A stretch of 56,628 bases of DNA from Abditibacteriaceae bacterium (GTDB taxonomy: Bacteria > Armatimonadota > Abditibacteriia > Abditibacteriales > Abditibacteriaceae). Position 1 is the stretch's first letter, and every line of letters begins with the position of its first letter. The stretch covers positions 1 through 56,628 of the forward strand of contig JANMKN010000058.1 of assembly GCA_031372065.1 (NCBI GenBank), in the 5' to 3' direction. Below are positions 28,241 to 37,728 of this stretch, piece by piece. The notes under the pieces are model-generated. The model did no database searches. It saw nothing but the letters and a program-made list of their open reading frames with translations, and had not been told where the DNA came from. The translations under genes were made by a program, and so were the position numbers.

Positions 28241-29680
28241 ATGCGTTGGCGCGACTTCGATTCCCTGCCGCCACTTCCTTCTGAATTTTTCGATACGCCG
28301 CGCCGGGTTCATTTCATCGGCATCGGCGGCATTGGCATGAGCGCTTTGGCGTTCGTTTTGGCCTCGCGCGGCCATCAAATCAGCGGTTCGGACGTAAAAG
28401 AAAGCAAAACCACCACACAATTGCGCGAAGTTGGAGCCAAAATTGCCATCGGACAGCGCGCCGAGAACCTTGATTTGCTTGGCGCACCGTGCGAGGCGGT
28501 GATTTTTTCGTCCGCTGTTGCGCCCGACAATCCCGAACGCCAAGAAACCGAAAAACGTGGCATTCCTGTGTGGCATCGCGCGCAATTGTTAGCGTATTTT
28601 GTCAATTCGGCGAAGAAATCCATCGCGGTTTCCGGCACACATGGCAAAAGCACCACAAGTGCGATGATCGCGCACATTTTAACGGAGTGCGGCCACAATC
28701 CAACAGCGATTTTAGGCGCCGTTTATCCGCCTTTTGGCTCTAACGCACGCATCGGCGACCCCGATTTGGTCGTTGTCGAAGCCGACGAATCGGATGGCTC
28801 ATTCACGCTTTTGCATCCGACGATTTCGGTCATTCTCAACGTCGAACCAGAGCATCTGGAAAATTACGATGACAGCGAAGAGCAATTATGGAAAGCGTTT
28901 GAACAATTTGCGTGGCAGGCTAAATTTTGTTGTGTCTTGAACGCCGAAGACGAAGAAATGTGTTCTCGTTTGGAAACGGAAGAATTAGATCAAGAAAAGC
29001 CCTTAACTTTTACCTTTGGTGCAGAAAGTAATGTGCGCGCCAATCAGGTTGAAATGCAGGGCGGCCAAACCAAGTTTCAACTTGTTGATTGCAGTCAGGA
29101 AGTTGGTTGTTTCGCTTTGGGTGTTCCGGGGCATCATAATGTCTCCAATGCGCTGGCCGCAGTTAGTGCTGCGTTGATGCTTGATGTGATGCCCGAAGAA
29201 AGCGCCGCCACCTTGAAAGATTTTCACGGCACCTTGCGCCGCTTTGAACGCAAAGGCGAAGCGAACGGCATTTTAGTTTATGACGATTACGGCCATCATC
29301 CCACCGAAGTCGAAAAGACTTTGCTGGCCGCGAAAGAGTTTTTGGGGCGGCGTTTAATGGTGATTTTTCAGCCGCATCGTTATTCGCGCACGCAGCAACT
29401 CGGCGAAGCCTTCGGCCCGGCGTTTGGCGCTGCCGATGAAGTGATTATCACCCAACTCTATTCGGCCTTTGAAGAACCAATCGAAGGTGTCAGCGGAAAA
29501 ATTGTGCATGACGCCGTGCAACGGGCCTTCCCGGACAAGGCTTTGTCTTACGCGGAAACATTGGACGAAGCGCGGCGTCTGGCAGTAGAAAAAGCGCGGC
29601 CCGGCGATGTCATTCTGACGATGGGAGCCGGAGACATCACGACGCTGGGGCCTCAACTTTTGGACGCTTTGAAAGATTGA
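28241..29680 (+). CDS. murC: UDP-N-acetylmuramate--L-alanine ligase
   Basis: HFIGIGGIGMSALA, GTHGKSTT, EADESDGSF, DDYGHHPTE, FQPHRYSRT, MGAGDI. Confidence 0.97.
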   Translation: MRWRDFDSLPPLPSEFFDTPRRVHFIGIGGIGMSALAFVLASRGHQISGSDVKESKTTTQLREVGAKIAIGQRAENLDLLGAPCEAVIFSSAVAPDNPERQETEKRGIPVWHRAQLLAYFVNSAKKSIAVSGTHGKSTTSAMIAHILTECGHNPTAILGAVYPPFGSNARIGDPDLVVVEADESDGSFTLLHPTISVILNVEPEHLENYDDSEEQLWKAFEQFAWQAKFCCVLNAEDEEMCSRLETEELDQEKPLTFTFGAESNVRANQVEMQGGQTKFQLVDCSQEVGCFALGVPGHHNVSNALAAVSAALMLDVMPEESAATLKDFHGTLRRFERKGEANGILVYDDYGHHPTEVEKTLLAAKEFLGRRLMVIFQPHRYSRTQQLGEAFGPAFGAADEVIITQLYSAFEEPIEGVSGKIVHDAVQRAFPDKALSYAETLDEARRLAVEKARPGDVILTMGAGDITTLGPQLLDALKD

Positions 29681-29692
29681 ATCATTCACACC

Positions 29693-30775
29693 ATGACGAC
29701 TTCCAATCATTGGCAAGAACATTTACACGCGGGAACCGCTGCGCCGTTGGATGGCAACCGTTCCCTTCAACATTTCATGATCTCACTTTGTGAAAAATCG
29801 GGCGAAGCCGCCCAAGACCCGTTTGCTTTATCGGGCGCCACTGAAGTGCTGGCGGTGCTGGAAAAAGAAGGCGCGGCGCGGCGGTGTGAACCATTGGGTT
29901 TGCATACCACGATGAAAGTCGGCGGTCATGCGGCGTGGTGGGTCGAACCCGAAACCGAAGATCAATTGCGCACCGTTCTGCAAGCTGTGAAACAAGCGGG
30001 TGCGCCTTTGCAATTATTCGGCGCCGGGTCGAATCTTATCCCCTCGGATGACACTTTTAGAGGTTTGGCGCTGAAATTAGGACAAAAATTCGCCTGGTCT
30101 CGCGTCCAAGACAATCGCCTCATGGCGGGCGGCGCGATGATGCTGCCCAAACTCACGCACGTCGCCAATCAAAACCGGTTGGGCAACTTCGAGTGGGCTT
30201 GCGGCATTCCCGGCACGTTAGGCGGTTCAATTTGGGGCAATGCGGGAGCGCGCGGTTTTAACGGACGCGAATTTGAAGCTCGCGATTGCGCTGCCGACCT
30301 CGAATCGCTAATCGCTTTTGACCGTGACGGCAATCGCCATACTTTGCGCCGCGATGAAATCGATTTTTCGTATCGCCGCACATCGCTCGGCGAGCTGATC
30401 GTGACCGAAGCGACTTTCGCTTTGAAGCCGTTGAGCGAAGACGAAACCAAAAAACATAAAGAAGCCATCACGCAGCTTTTGAAAATTCGCCGCGAAACGC
30501 AACCTGTTAATGCGGCTTCGTCGGGTTGCATTTGGAAAAATCCGCAGATTGCCGAAGGCCCCTTTGCTGGATTGGGCGCGGGCGCGTTAATTGAAAAAAT
30601 CGGTCTGAAAGGCCATAAATCGGGCAACGCCTCGATAAGTGAAATTCACGCGAATTTTATTGTGAACAAAGGCGGTTCTACGGGCGAAGATGTGCGCGCG
30701 TTGATGGCTTCTGTTGAAGAAATTGTGTGCAGCGAAACCGGCGTCCGCCTCGAACGCGAAGCGCGCCTGCTTTAA
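29693..30775 (+). CDS. murB: UDP-N-acetylenolpyruvoylglucosamine reductase
   Basis: HTTMKVGG, GAGSNL, GIPGTLGG..GNAGA, FSYRRT, SGCIWKNP, HANFIVN, LEREAR. Confidence 0.95.
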   Translation: MTTSNHWQEHLHAGTAAPLDGNRSLQHFMISLCEKSGEAAQDPFALSGATEVLAVLEKEGAARRCEPLGLHTTMKVGGHAAWWVEPETEDQLRTVLQAVKQAGAPLQLFGAGSNLIPSDDTFRGLALKLGQKFAWSRVQDNRLMAGGAMMLPKLTHVANQNRLGNFEWACGIPGTLGGSIWGNAGARGFNGREFEARDCAADLESLIAFDRDGNRHTLRRDEIDFSYRRTSLGELIVTEATFALKPLSEDETKKHKEAITQLLKIRRETQPVNAASSGCIWKNPQIAEGPFAGLGAGALIEKIGLKGHKSGNASISEIHANFIVNKGGSTGEDVRALMASVEEIVCSETGVRLEREARLL

Positions 30776-30780
30776 ATTCA

Positions 30781-30924
30781 TTTCACCGCCGAGACGCAGA
30801 AAAAAGTGATAGCCACAAAAAGGTGCAAAAGACACAAAAAGAATGAAAAGTTTGTGTCTTTTGCGATTTTTCGTGGCCCATTCGTCGTTTCTCGTCTCTG
30901 CGCTTGCGCGTCACTGCGGTAAAA
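30781..30924. repeat. Nested palindromic intergenic repeats
   Basis: Inner IR GCCACAAAAAGGTGCAAAAGACACAAA / TTTGTGTCTTTTGCGATTTTTCGTGGC, inside an outer CACCGCCGAGACGCAGA...TCTGCG..CTGCGGTAA pair. Confidence 0.6.
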
Positions 30925-30933
30925 TCTACCTTC

Positions 30934-31935
30934 ATGTCTGATTCCAAAATTCGCCTCGCCCTTTTGACTGGTGGCGATTCCTCTGAGCGTCCTGTGGCAC
31001 TGAGCAGCGCCAAGTCGGTTTTCGGTGCGTTGTCGCCTGAAAAATTCGATGTCACGGTTTTTGATGTGGCGAAATCGGCCACGCACGCGGCGCAGAATAT
31101 TTATGATTTTCCCGGCAATGTTCAACCTGTGACGTGGGCCAATCTTGCGGCCACGCTGCAAAGTTTCGACGTGGCGTTGCCAGTTTTGCATGGCGGTTGG
31201 GGTGAAGATGGCACGCTGCAAAGCCTGCTCGAAATCGCGGGCGTGCCTTACACCGGCTCGGCCTCGCACGCGTGCGTTATCGCGATGGATAAGCAAGTCG
31301 GCAAAGCCGTGGCGCGCGATTTGGGCATTCCCGTCGCAGCGGGTGTGACGGTGCAACGCGTCGAAGAATTGCAAACCTTATCGTTCGAGGGGCCGTGCGT
31401 GGTCAAACCGCTGGGCGGCGGCTCGTCAGTGGGCGTGACGCTTTTGAAAAATCGCGTTGGCGGCGACATGAGCGAAGTCAAAAGTGCCGTCGAAATCGCC
31501 TTACTGGATGGCAGCGGCGCGTTGATTGAGCAGTTCGTGTCCGGCACCGAAATCACTTGCGCGGTTTTGGGTGCGGGCGATGAGGCAGAGGCTTTGCCCG
31601 TTTTGGAAATCGTGCCGCAAAGTGCGGGCGGTTTTTACGATTACGAAGCGAAATATTCCGAAGGCGGCTCGCTGCATTTGCATCCGCCGCGCTTGGAAAA
31701 AGCTGTTGTCGAAGCGGCTTCAAATTACGCCTTGAAGATTTATCGCACTTTGAATTGCCGGGGCGTGGCCCGCGCCGATTTTATTGTGGACGAAAGCGAC
31801 ACACCGTATTTTTTGGAGATCAATGTCTTGCCCGGCATGACCGAAATGAGCCTTGTGCCCGATGCGGCGCGGGTTCGGGGGCTTGAATTTCCGCAATTGC
31901 TGGAATTTTTGATCGAAAGCGCCCTCAAAAAATAA
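30934..31935 (+). CDS. ddl: D-alanine--D-alanine ligase
   Basis: GGDSSERPVALSS, LHGGWGEDG, AMDK, VVKP..GSSVG, FYDYEAKY, LEINVLPGMT..SLVP. Confidence 0.96.
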   Translation: MSDSKIRLALLTGGDSSERPVALSSAKSVFGALSPEKFDVTVFDVAKSATHAAQNIYDFPGNVQPVTWANLAATLQSFDVALPVLHGGWGEDGTLQSLLEIAGVPYTGSASHACVIAMDKQVGKAVARDLGIPVAAGVTVQRVEELQTLSFEGPCVVKPLGGGSSVGVTLLKNRVGGDMSEVKSAVEIALLDGSGALIEQFVSGTEITCAVLGAGDEAEALPVLEIVPQSAGGFYDYEAKYSEGGSLHLHPPRLEKAVVEAASNYALKIYRTLNCRGVARADFIVDESDTPYFLEINVLPGMTEMSLVPDAARVRGLEFPQLLEFLIESALKK

Positions 31936-32054
31936 TTTTTGCCCCGAAATTTTCAATTTGGCCCCCACAGCGAGCCAGAGCGCGCTAAAATAAGAAAACA
32001 CGATTTCGTGTCATCATCGTTTTCATCACAGCTTTCATCGCAGCAGGAGGCGCT

Positions 32055-33296
32055 ATGCCGCATCGCAGCCCACAAAAGTCGTCAGACAAATCGCCGCATC
32101 AACCCTCGCAACACAACCCGTCGTTACCCCCTCGTTTGCCATCCACGCGCACCGAAGGCGTGGAGCCTGAAGCATCGCCTGCCACGCCGCGTTGGGAGCA
32201 GCGTTATCGCGCGCCCTCGCAGCGTGAGCCTTTGCCCCGCGAACATCACGAGCCGCACGGAGTGGATGCGCGTCGTGCGCCGCGTTGGAACTTGCCCCAT
32301 GACTTGCCTGATAACGCCGAAGAAGTGGCGACTTCAGCAGAGCCAGCGCAATGGAGCGCCGCCGAACTCGAAGATTTAGCGCATGAAACAATGGCGCATC
32401 GTGGGCGCAAATTATCGCGTCGCCGTGCCCGCAAATTAGCAGCCCGCGCCCGGCGGCGTCACGTTGATGTGCGGCGCACCGAACCCAAAAAAAAGCGTCC
32501 TCCGCTTTGGCGTTTTTTTCGCGCCGTGGCTTTATGTTTGGTGGCTGTGGCGTGCGCAGAATTCGGCGCGGCGGCTCTTACTTCGCCGCGTTTTGCGGTG
32601 CAGGAAATTAGCAACGATGTGGTTGACATCACGCCGGAAGAGGCCATTGAAGGCGCTAAAGCCTCGCTGATGGGACAGAATTTTTTCCGCGTGCGCCCGC
32701 AAGCCGCCGCGAAGAATTTGGCGGCGTTGCCCAGTGTGAAAAGCGTTTCCGTTTCGCGCCAAATTGATTGGCCGCCGCGTTTGCATATCAACATCGAAGA
32801 GCGTCAGCCGTTTGCACGGGTGGATAACGGCGGCACGTGGTGGGTTGTAGATGAAAGTGGCGTGCCTTTTCGTCCCGCCACGGCGCAAGACGACAAACTT
32901 TATGCGGTCAGCAGCAAAGCCTTGCAGCCCAAACTGGGCGAGAAATTGAAGTCCGATAATTGGACGCCGGTTGTTGAATTTGCGCAGGCCCTTCAGCAAG
33001 ACAAGCAGCAAGGCCACGATTGGGCTTTGCGGGCGATTTACTTCGATGAACATGGCTTTGCCTCGCTGCGTTTGGGCGAGGCGCGTGAACGCACTTTGGT
33101 GCATTTAGGCACCGGCCCGTGGGACAAAAAATTAGAGCGCACGCGACAGGCGATGGCATGGCTCCAAACCAAAGGTCTGCAAGCTGAAACGTTGAATCTT
33201 ATGTCAGCCAATCGCCCCGTTTGGACGCCGCGTCACCAAGAACCAGCAGAAAATCCCAAAACGGCGGAGGCTGCTTCGGACAACCATCCAGCGTAA
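32055..33296 (+). CDS. ftsQ: Cell division protein FtsQ/DivIB with long disordered N-terminus
   Basis: Basic stretch, TM, POTRA LAALPSVKSVSV...WPPRLHINIEERQP, VDESGVPF. Position after ddl. Confidence 0.8.
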   Translation: MPHRSPQKSSDKSPHQPSQHNPSLPPRLPSTRTEGVEPEASPATPRWEQRYRAPSQREPLPREHHEPHGVDARRAPRWNLPHDLPDNAEEVATSAEPAQWSAAELEDLAHETMAHRGRKLSRRRARKLAARARRRHVDVRRTEPKKKRPPLWRFFRAVALCLVAVACAEFGAAALTSPRFAVQEISNDVVDITPEEAIEGAKASLMGQNFFRVRPQAAAKNLAALPSVKSVSVSRQIDWPPRLHINIEERQPFARVDNGGTWWVVDESGVPFRPATAQDDKLYAVSSKALQPKLGEKLKSDNWTPVVEFAQALQQDKQQGHDWALRAIYFDEHGFASLRLGEARERTLVHLGTGPWDKKLERTRQAMAWLQTKGLQAETLNLMSANRPVWTPRHQEPAENPKTAEAASDNHPA

Positions 33297-33350
33297 TTTA
33301 AAGCGGAAGAGTGCAGTTAGGCCCGCTTTTCCTGCTTTTGCAAGCAGATT

Positions 33351-33530
33351 ATTAGTCGGAATCACACCAAGATTAGGTGGAATCACACGAGGATTAGCCC
33401 TAATCTTGGTGTGATTAGTCCTAATCTTGGTGTGATTAGTCCTAATTTTGGTGTGATTAGTCCCAATCTTGGCGCGATTGGGACTAATCTTGGTGCGATT
33501 AGTCCTAATCTCGGCGTGATTCCGACTAAT
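33351..33530. repeat. Intergenic 21-bp tandem array with inverted arms
   Basis: About six CCTAATCTTGGTGTGATTAGT units, preceded by two inverted units. End IR ATTAGTCGGAATCACACCAAGATTAGG / CCTAATCTCGGCGTGATTCCGACTAAT. Confidence 0.88.
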
Positions 33531-33647
33531 GTTTTTGCAAGAGGTCTAATTTTTTCAGCGCCCGTCGCGAAATTTTTCGTGGCGGGCGTTTTATTTTTGC
33601 CTTTGTGTTAAATTACCGCTTGATAAATATAATTTGTCGGAGAACTT

Positions 33648-34403
33648 GTGAATCTTTTTAACTCCCTGCCGAAACTGCTTTTTCGCACTGTTGAGACGCC
33701 GCGCCGCTCGTCGTGGCTATTATCGCTGACAACGATTTGCTTTCTCTGTGGCGGCTTAGGCGCTCTGCAAGTGCGCGCCGTGCAGCAAACGCAACAACAA
33801 ACGCGCTTTGACCATACGCAAAAGACTCTGCAAAACGAAAATGCTTTGCGCGCTGTCGCGTCGTTGCGCCAGCAATTGCAAGCAGAAGAAAGCGAGCGGC
33901 GGCAAATGGCCTTTCAATTAGGTCATTTAAAAGCGGAAATTCGCCAAAACTATGTGCCAAAACAGGCCGTGCAGGAGTTGAATGACGAAATGCGCCGCAT
34001 TAAACGCGTGGCGGCTTTAACCGAAGTGCAAGGCGCGGGTGTGGTCATCACGCTTTCTGATAATCCTCAAATTCCCGAATTGGTTCACGATTTCGATTTG
34101 CAGCAAACCGTGCATGAATTGCTCTCGGTCAAAGCCGAAGCGATTGCCATCAAAGGTGCGGGCAGCGACGCGATTCGCATTACCACTTACACGCCGATTC
34201 GCTGTGTCGGGCCAGCGATTTTAGTGAATTTTCAACCTATGGTGGCACCGTATGAAATTATGGCCTTGGGCAACCCGACGAAATTGAAAAACGCGCTACA
34301 AATGCCCGATGGCATCAATGACCGCGCCCGCAAAGTTGGCCTTGGCGTGCAAATCAAAACTTCGCAGAATTTGAAACTTCCGGCGGCCAAAGACGAGTTG
34401 TGA
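33648..34403 (+). CDS. DUF881 (YlxW/YlxX-like) protein, copy 1
   Basis: TM, coiled coil, LTEVQGAGVVITLSD, LVHDFDLQQTVHEL, AEAIAI, IRCVGP. Confidence 0.88.
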   Translation: MNLFNSLPKLLFRTVETPRRSSWLLSLTTICFLCGGLGALQVRAVQQTQQQTRFDHTQKTLQNENALRAVASLRQQLQAEESERRQMAFQLGHLKAEIRQNYVPKQAVQELNDEMRRIKRVAALTEVQGAGVVITLSDNPQIPELVHDFDLQQTVHELLSVKAEAIAIKGAGSDAIRITTYTPIRCVGPAILVNFQPMVAPYEIMALGNPTKLKNALQMPDGINDRARKVGLGVQIKTSQNLKLPAAKDEL

Positions 34404-34511
34404 AACACGCTGTAATCGCGTCTTTATTCTATGCCGGAACGTGGCAATGCTTTTGGGCGTCCGCGCCGCGTTGACTTTTTTCGATTGTCACTCTTTTTCG
34501 CTGGAGGATTT

Positions 34512-35342
34512 ATGAAAGACATTTTGCCTACGCCGCGCGCTGCATCTCGCAATGCAGCGGGCCTTTCTTATTATCACGGGGCACCGCCTGTGCGCCGCCG
34601 TCCGACTTGGATTTTGTCGTTGACGGTCATCTGTTTTCTGTTCGGCGGCCTGATGGCGATGCAAGTGCGCGCCGTGCAGCAGGCGCGTGAAAATCGCGTG
34701 CAGGAAGCCAAAGGCAATGAAATCAGCAAAGTGCGTTTGGCTTCGATGCAGGAGCAAGTAAAAAAAGACCGCGACGCCAAAGAAAAAGCCGAGCGCGATT
34801 TGCGTGTTTTGGCGAACAAAGTCAAAGAAGGCTATGTTTCGAAAAGCGTCGTGCAGCAATTGACCTCGCAGTTGCAGGATGCGCGGCGCGTGGCCGGATT
34901 GACGCCTCTGACAGGTGAAGGCGTGACCATTCGCTTGAGTGACAATCCGCAAGCGGCGCAGGCCGGCGCGGGCGCGTTTTTGCCGGGATTGGTGCATGAT
35001 TTCGATTTGCAGCAGGTGGTTCACGAATTGCTGTCGGCTAAAGCCGAAGCGATTGCTATCAAAGGCGCGGGCGGCGCGCCGATTCGCATTACAAGTTACA
35101 CGCCGATTCGCTGCGTCGGGCCGACGATTTATGTGAATTTTAAGCCCGTCGCTGCGCCTTTTACCGTGATGGCGCTTGGCGAACCAGCCACTTTGAAAAG
35201 CGCCCTCGAAACACCGGGCGGCATTGTGGAAAATCTCAAACAACAAACGTTAAGCGTAAAAATCAGCACTGTGTCTGGCATGGATTTGCCCGCGATGGAA
35301 GGTATGCCGACATTTCGCGGCGATAAAAAAATGGCGTTGTAA
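34512..35342 (+). CDS. DUF881 (YlxW/YlxX-like) protein, copy 2
   Basis: GGAGG RBS before ATG 34512. AGLTPLTGEGVTIRLSD, LVHDFDLQQVVHEL, IRCVGPTIYVN. Confidence 0.9.
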   Translation: MKDILPTPRAASRNAAGLSYYHGAPPVRRRPTWILSLTVICFLFGGLMAMQVRAVQQARENRVQEAKGNEISKVRLASMQEQVKKDRDAKEKAERDLRVLANKVKEGYVSKSVVQQLTSQLQDARRVAGLTPLTGEGVTIRLSDNPQAAQAGAGAFLPGLVHDFDLQQVVHELLSAKAEAIAIKGAGGAPIRITSYTPIRCVGPTIYVNFKPVAAPFTVMALGEPATLKSALETPGGIVENLKQQTLSVKISTVSGMDLPAMEGMPTFRGDKKMAL

Positions 35343-35378
35343 GCTGGCAGTAAGTTCGTATTTGGGAGAAAGATTTCA

Positions 35379-35867
35379 ATGTTTCTTTTGCCGCTTTTGG
35401 CACTTTTGGCCGGATTTATTTTGTTTTACATTCCACTCAGCGGCTATTCTTTGGCCGAAAATGTGGCGCCTTACACGGCGATTGCGCTTTTGGCTGGTTT
35501 GGACACCGTTTTAGGCGGCTGGCGCGCTTGGCTCATTGATGAATTCGATGAGCCTGTTTTCGTTTCGGGATTTTTCGTGAACGCTATCTTAGCCGCTGGC
35601 TTAGTGGCTTTGGGCGAGCGACTCGGCTTGCAGGCCGGATTTGCCGATGGGCAGATTTCCATTATGATGATTGGCGCCGTTGTGGTTTTTTCGTCGCGTA
35701 TTTTTAATAACTTGGCCGTGCTGCGCCGTTTGTTAATTGATCGCTTGCGAACGCGCTTTCACCCTGTGGAACCGGACGAAGTCACAGAAAACCTCGCGGA
35801 TAGCCAGATGGAGATTAATGGGCGCGAAGATGCCGCCGAACGTCCCGCGCTGTCGGCTTCTTCTTGA
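35379..35867 (+). CDS. DUF1290 / small basic protein (Sbp-like)
   Basis: YTAIALLAGLDTVLGG.RA, FVSGFFVNAILAA, GERLG, RIFNNLAVLRR. Confidence 0.9.
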   Translation: MFLLPLLALLAGFILFYIPLSGYSLAENVAPYTAIALLAGLDTVLGGWRAWLIDEFDEPVFVSGFFVNAILAAGLVALGERLGLQAGFADGQISIMMIGAVVVFSSRIFNNLAVLRRLLIDRLRTRFHPVEPDEVTENLADSQMEINGREDAAERPALSASS

Positions 35868-36068
35868 GTCTCTTCACGTTTTTCGGCCCAGTCGCCGAAA
35901 ATTTCTTTCATTCTCTATAAATCCACGCATTTTTATCCGCAAGATAGCTGCGTTTGATAAGATTGTTAAAGCGCCACAAAATGCGGCTGTCTGGCCGTTG
36001 GCGGCGCACGACAATCCATTCAAATTTTTGGCGAACCATTTTTATGAGATCATTGCGGAGGCCGGGGC

Positions 36069-37673
36069 GTGGCGCGTGAAGAAATAGCGGTGGGGCTGGA
36101 TATTGGCACCACCAAAGTATGCACCGTGGTCGGGCATGGCGACGCCGACGGGAAAATCACCATAACGGGCATTGGCCTTGTGCCTTCGCGCGGGATGCGC
36201 AAGGGCGTGGTGATTGATGTCGAAGACACCGTGGCCGCCGTGCGTGAGTCCGTCGAACGGGCGCGCCATATGGCGGGCTACGATTTCCGCTCGGTAGCTG
36301 TGGGCGTCACGGGCGATCATATTCAATCCTCCAACTTGCGTGGCACGATTACTGTCGCAGGGGAAGATGGCATTATCAGCACCGCCGATGTCGAGCGCGT
36401 TTTGCAAGCGGCGGCTTTGGATGTGCCGCGCGAACGCGAAATTATTCACTCTCTGCCACGCTATTTTGCCGTGGATGGTCAGCGCGGTGTGCGCCGTCCG
36501 GTAGGAATGCGCGGGCGGCGCCTCGAAGTCGAAAGTCATATTGTCACCGGCACCGCCAGTTTTTTGCAAAATGTGGTGCAGTGCGTTGAAGGCGCCGATC
36601 TCAAAGTCGGATCGCTCGTTCTCGAACCGATTGCCACCAGCGAAGCCGTCGCCACCAGTGATGAAAGAGACCTCGGCGTGGCTTTGATTGATATTGGTGG
36701 CGGCACCAGCGACATCGCGGTTTTCGTGGAAGGCAGCATCGCGTTTTCGGGCGTAATTTCCGTTGGCGGTAACCATGTTACACGCGATATTTCCATCGGC
36801 TTGCGCACGCCCTTCGACATCGCTGAGCGCTTGAAAATTGAGCGCGGCGTCGCTTCGCCGAGCCTGATTGCGCACGGTGAAGCCCTCGAAGTGATGACCG
36901 CTGGCAGTGGCGAGCGTTTGCGCTTGCCGCGCGCCGTGCTGGGCGAAATTATCGAAGCGCGCATGAGCGAACTTTTTGAAATGGCGCGCGAAATGTTGGG
37001 CGATGCCCGCTTGCTCAATCGCCTGCCTGCGGGCATTGTTTTAACAGGCGGCGGCGCGCTTTTGCCCGGTGCGCTCGATTTGGCGGGCGAAATTTTTCAA
37101 GCACCGGCGCGTTTGGGCAAGCCGCAGAATGTCAGCGGTTGGAGCGAGCAGGTAGATTCACCGCAATTCGCCACTGCCGTGGGCCTTTTGCGTTTTGCCT
37201 TACATAAAAATATCCAGCCCGGCAATTTACCTGTCGGCGCCTTGGCGACATCGGGGCCTGCTATTTATCTCACATCGAATAAATCGGTGCCATCCACCAC
37301 GCCGCCTGCCGATTTTCAACGCCGCGTTTGGGGCGTGCCTAACCCAGATGAGGAAGACGAAACCAGTTTGCCGCTGGGTGACGGCCTTGGCCCGGCCCCA
37401 AAAGCAGGTGGCACTGCCGTTGTTGAAGGCGAGGCCAAACCAAGTGATGATCAACTTGCCGCTGGTCGAACACCGTTTGACCACGAAAATTCCACCAAGG
37501 CAGTCGCGGATGCCACTAATAAACAGCCGGAAAACGAACTTGATCGGGCACGCCGCGAGCGTGACACCTATTTTTACGAAGACGAGCAGCAGCGTGAATC
37601 GAAGCCACCCGCTACGTTCTGGCAAAAAGCGTTGCACAAATTCCGCGAGATTATCGGCTTTGAAGAGAATTGA
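36069..37673 (+). CDS. ftsA: Cell division protein FtsA with extended C-terminal linker
   Basis: GLDIGTTKVC, GMRKGVV, IDIGGGTSD, GGNHVTRDI, IIEARMSELF, GIVLTGGGA, and terminal amphipathic helix FWQKALHKFREIIGF. Confidence 0.96.
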   Translation: MAREEIAVGLDIGTTKVCTVVGHGDADGKITITGIGLVPSRGMRKGVVIDVEDTVAAVRESVERARHMAGYDFRSVAVGVTGDHIQSSNLRGTITVAGEDGIISTADVERVLQAAALDVPREREIIHSLPRYFAVDGQRGVRRPVGMRGRRLEVESHIVTGTASFLQNVVQCVEGADLKVGSLVLEPIATSEAVATSDERDLGVALIDIGGGTSDIAVFVEGSIAFSGVISVGGNHVTRDISIGLRTPFDIAERLKIERGVASPSLIAHGEALEVMTAGSGERLRLPRAVLGEIIEARMSELFEMAREMLGDARLLNRLPAGIVLTGGGALLPGALDLAGEIFQAPARLGKPQNVSGWSEQVDSPQFATAVGLLRFALHKNIQPGNLPVGALATSGPAIYLTSNKSVPSTTPPADFQRRVWGVPNPDEEDETSLPLGDGLGPAPKAGGTAVVEGEAKPSDDQLAAGRTPFDHENSTKAVADATNKQPENELDRARRERDTYFYEDEQQRESKPPATFWQKALHKFREIIGFEEN

Positions 37674-37701
37674 GATTTGGGCGTGCCCAAATCTCAATTC
37701 T
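37666..37701. terminator. Perfect 16-bp hairpin over the ftsA stop (terminator-like, weak U tail)
   Basis: AGAATTGAGATTTGGG-CGTG-CCCAAATCTCAATTCT. Confidence 0.55.
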
Positions 37702-37728
37702 TACATCCCTACTGCCTAAACTTTTACC

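Noticed and set aside
33351..33530. CRISPR array (also considered for 5770-6220, 25995-26183 and 40229-40476)
   Set aside because: The units are contiguous with no unique spacers, they change orientation, and no cas genes are present.
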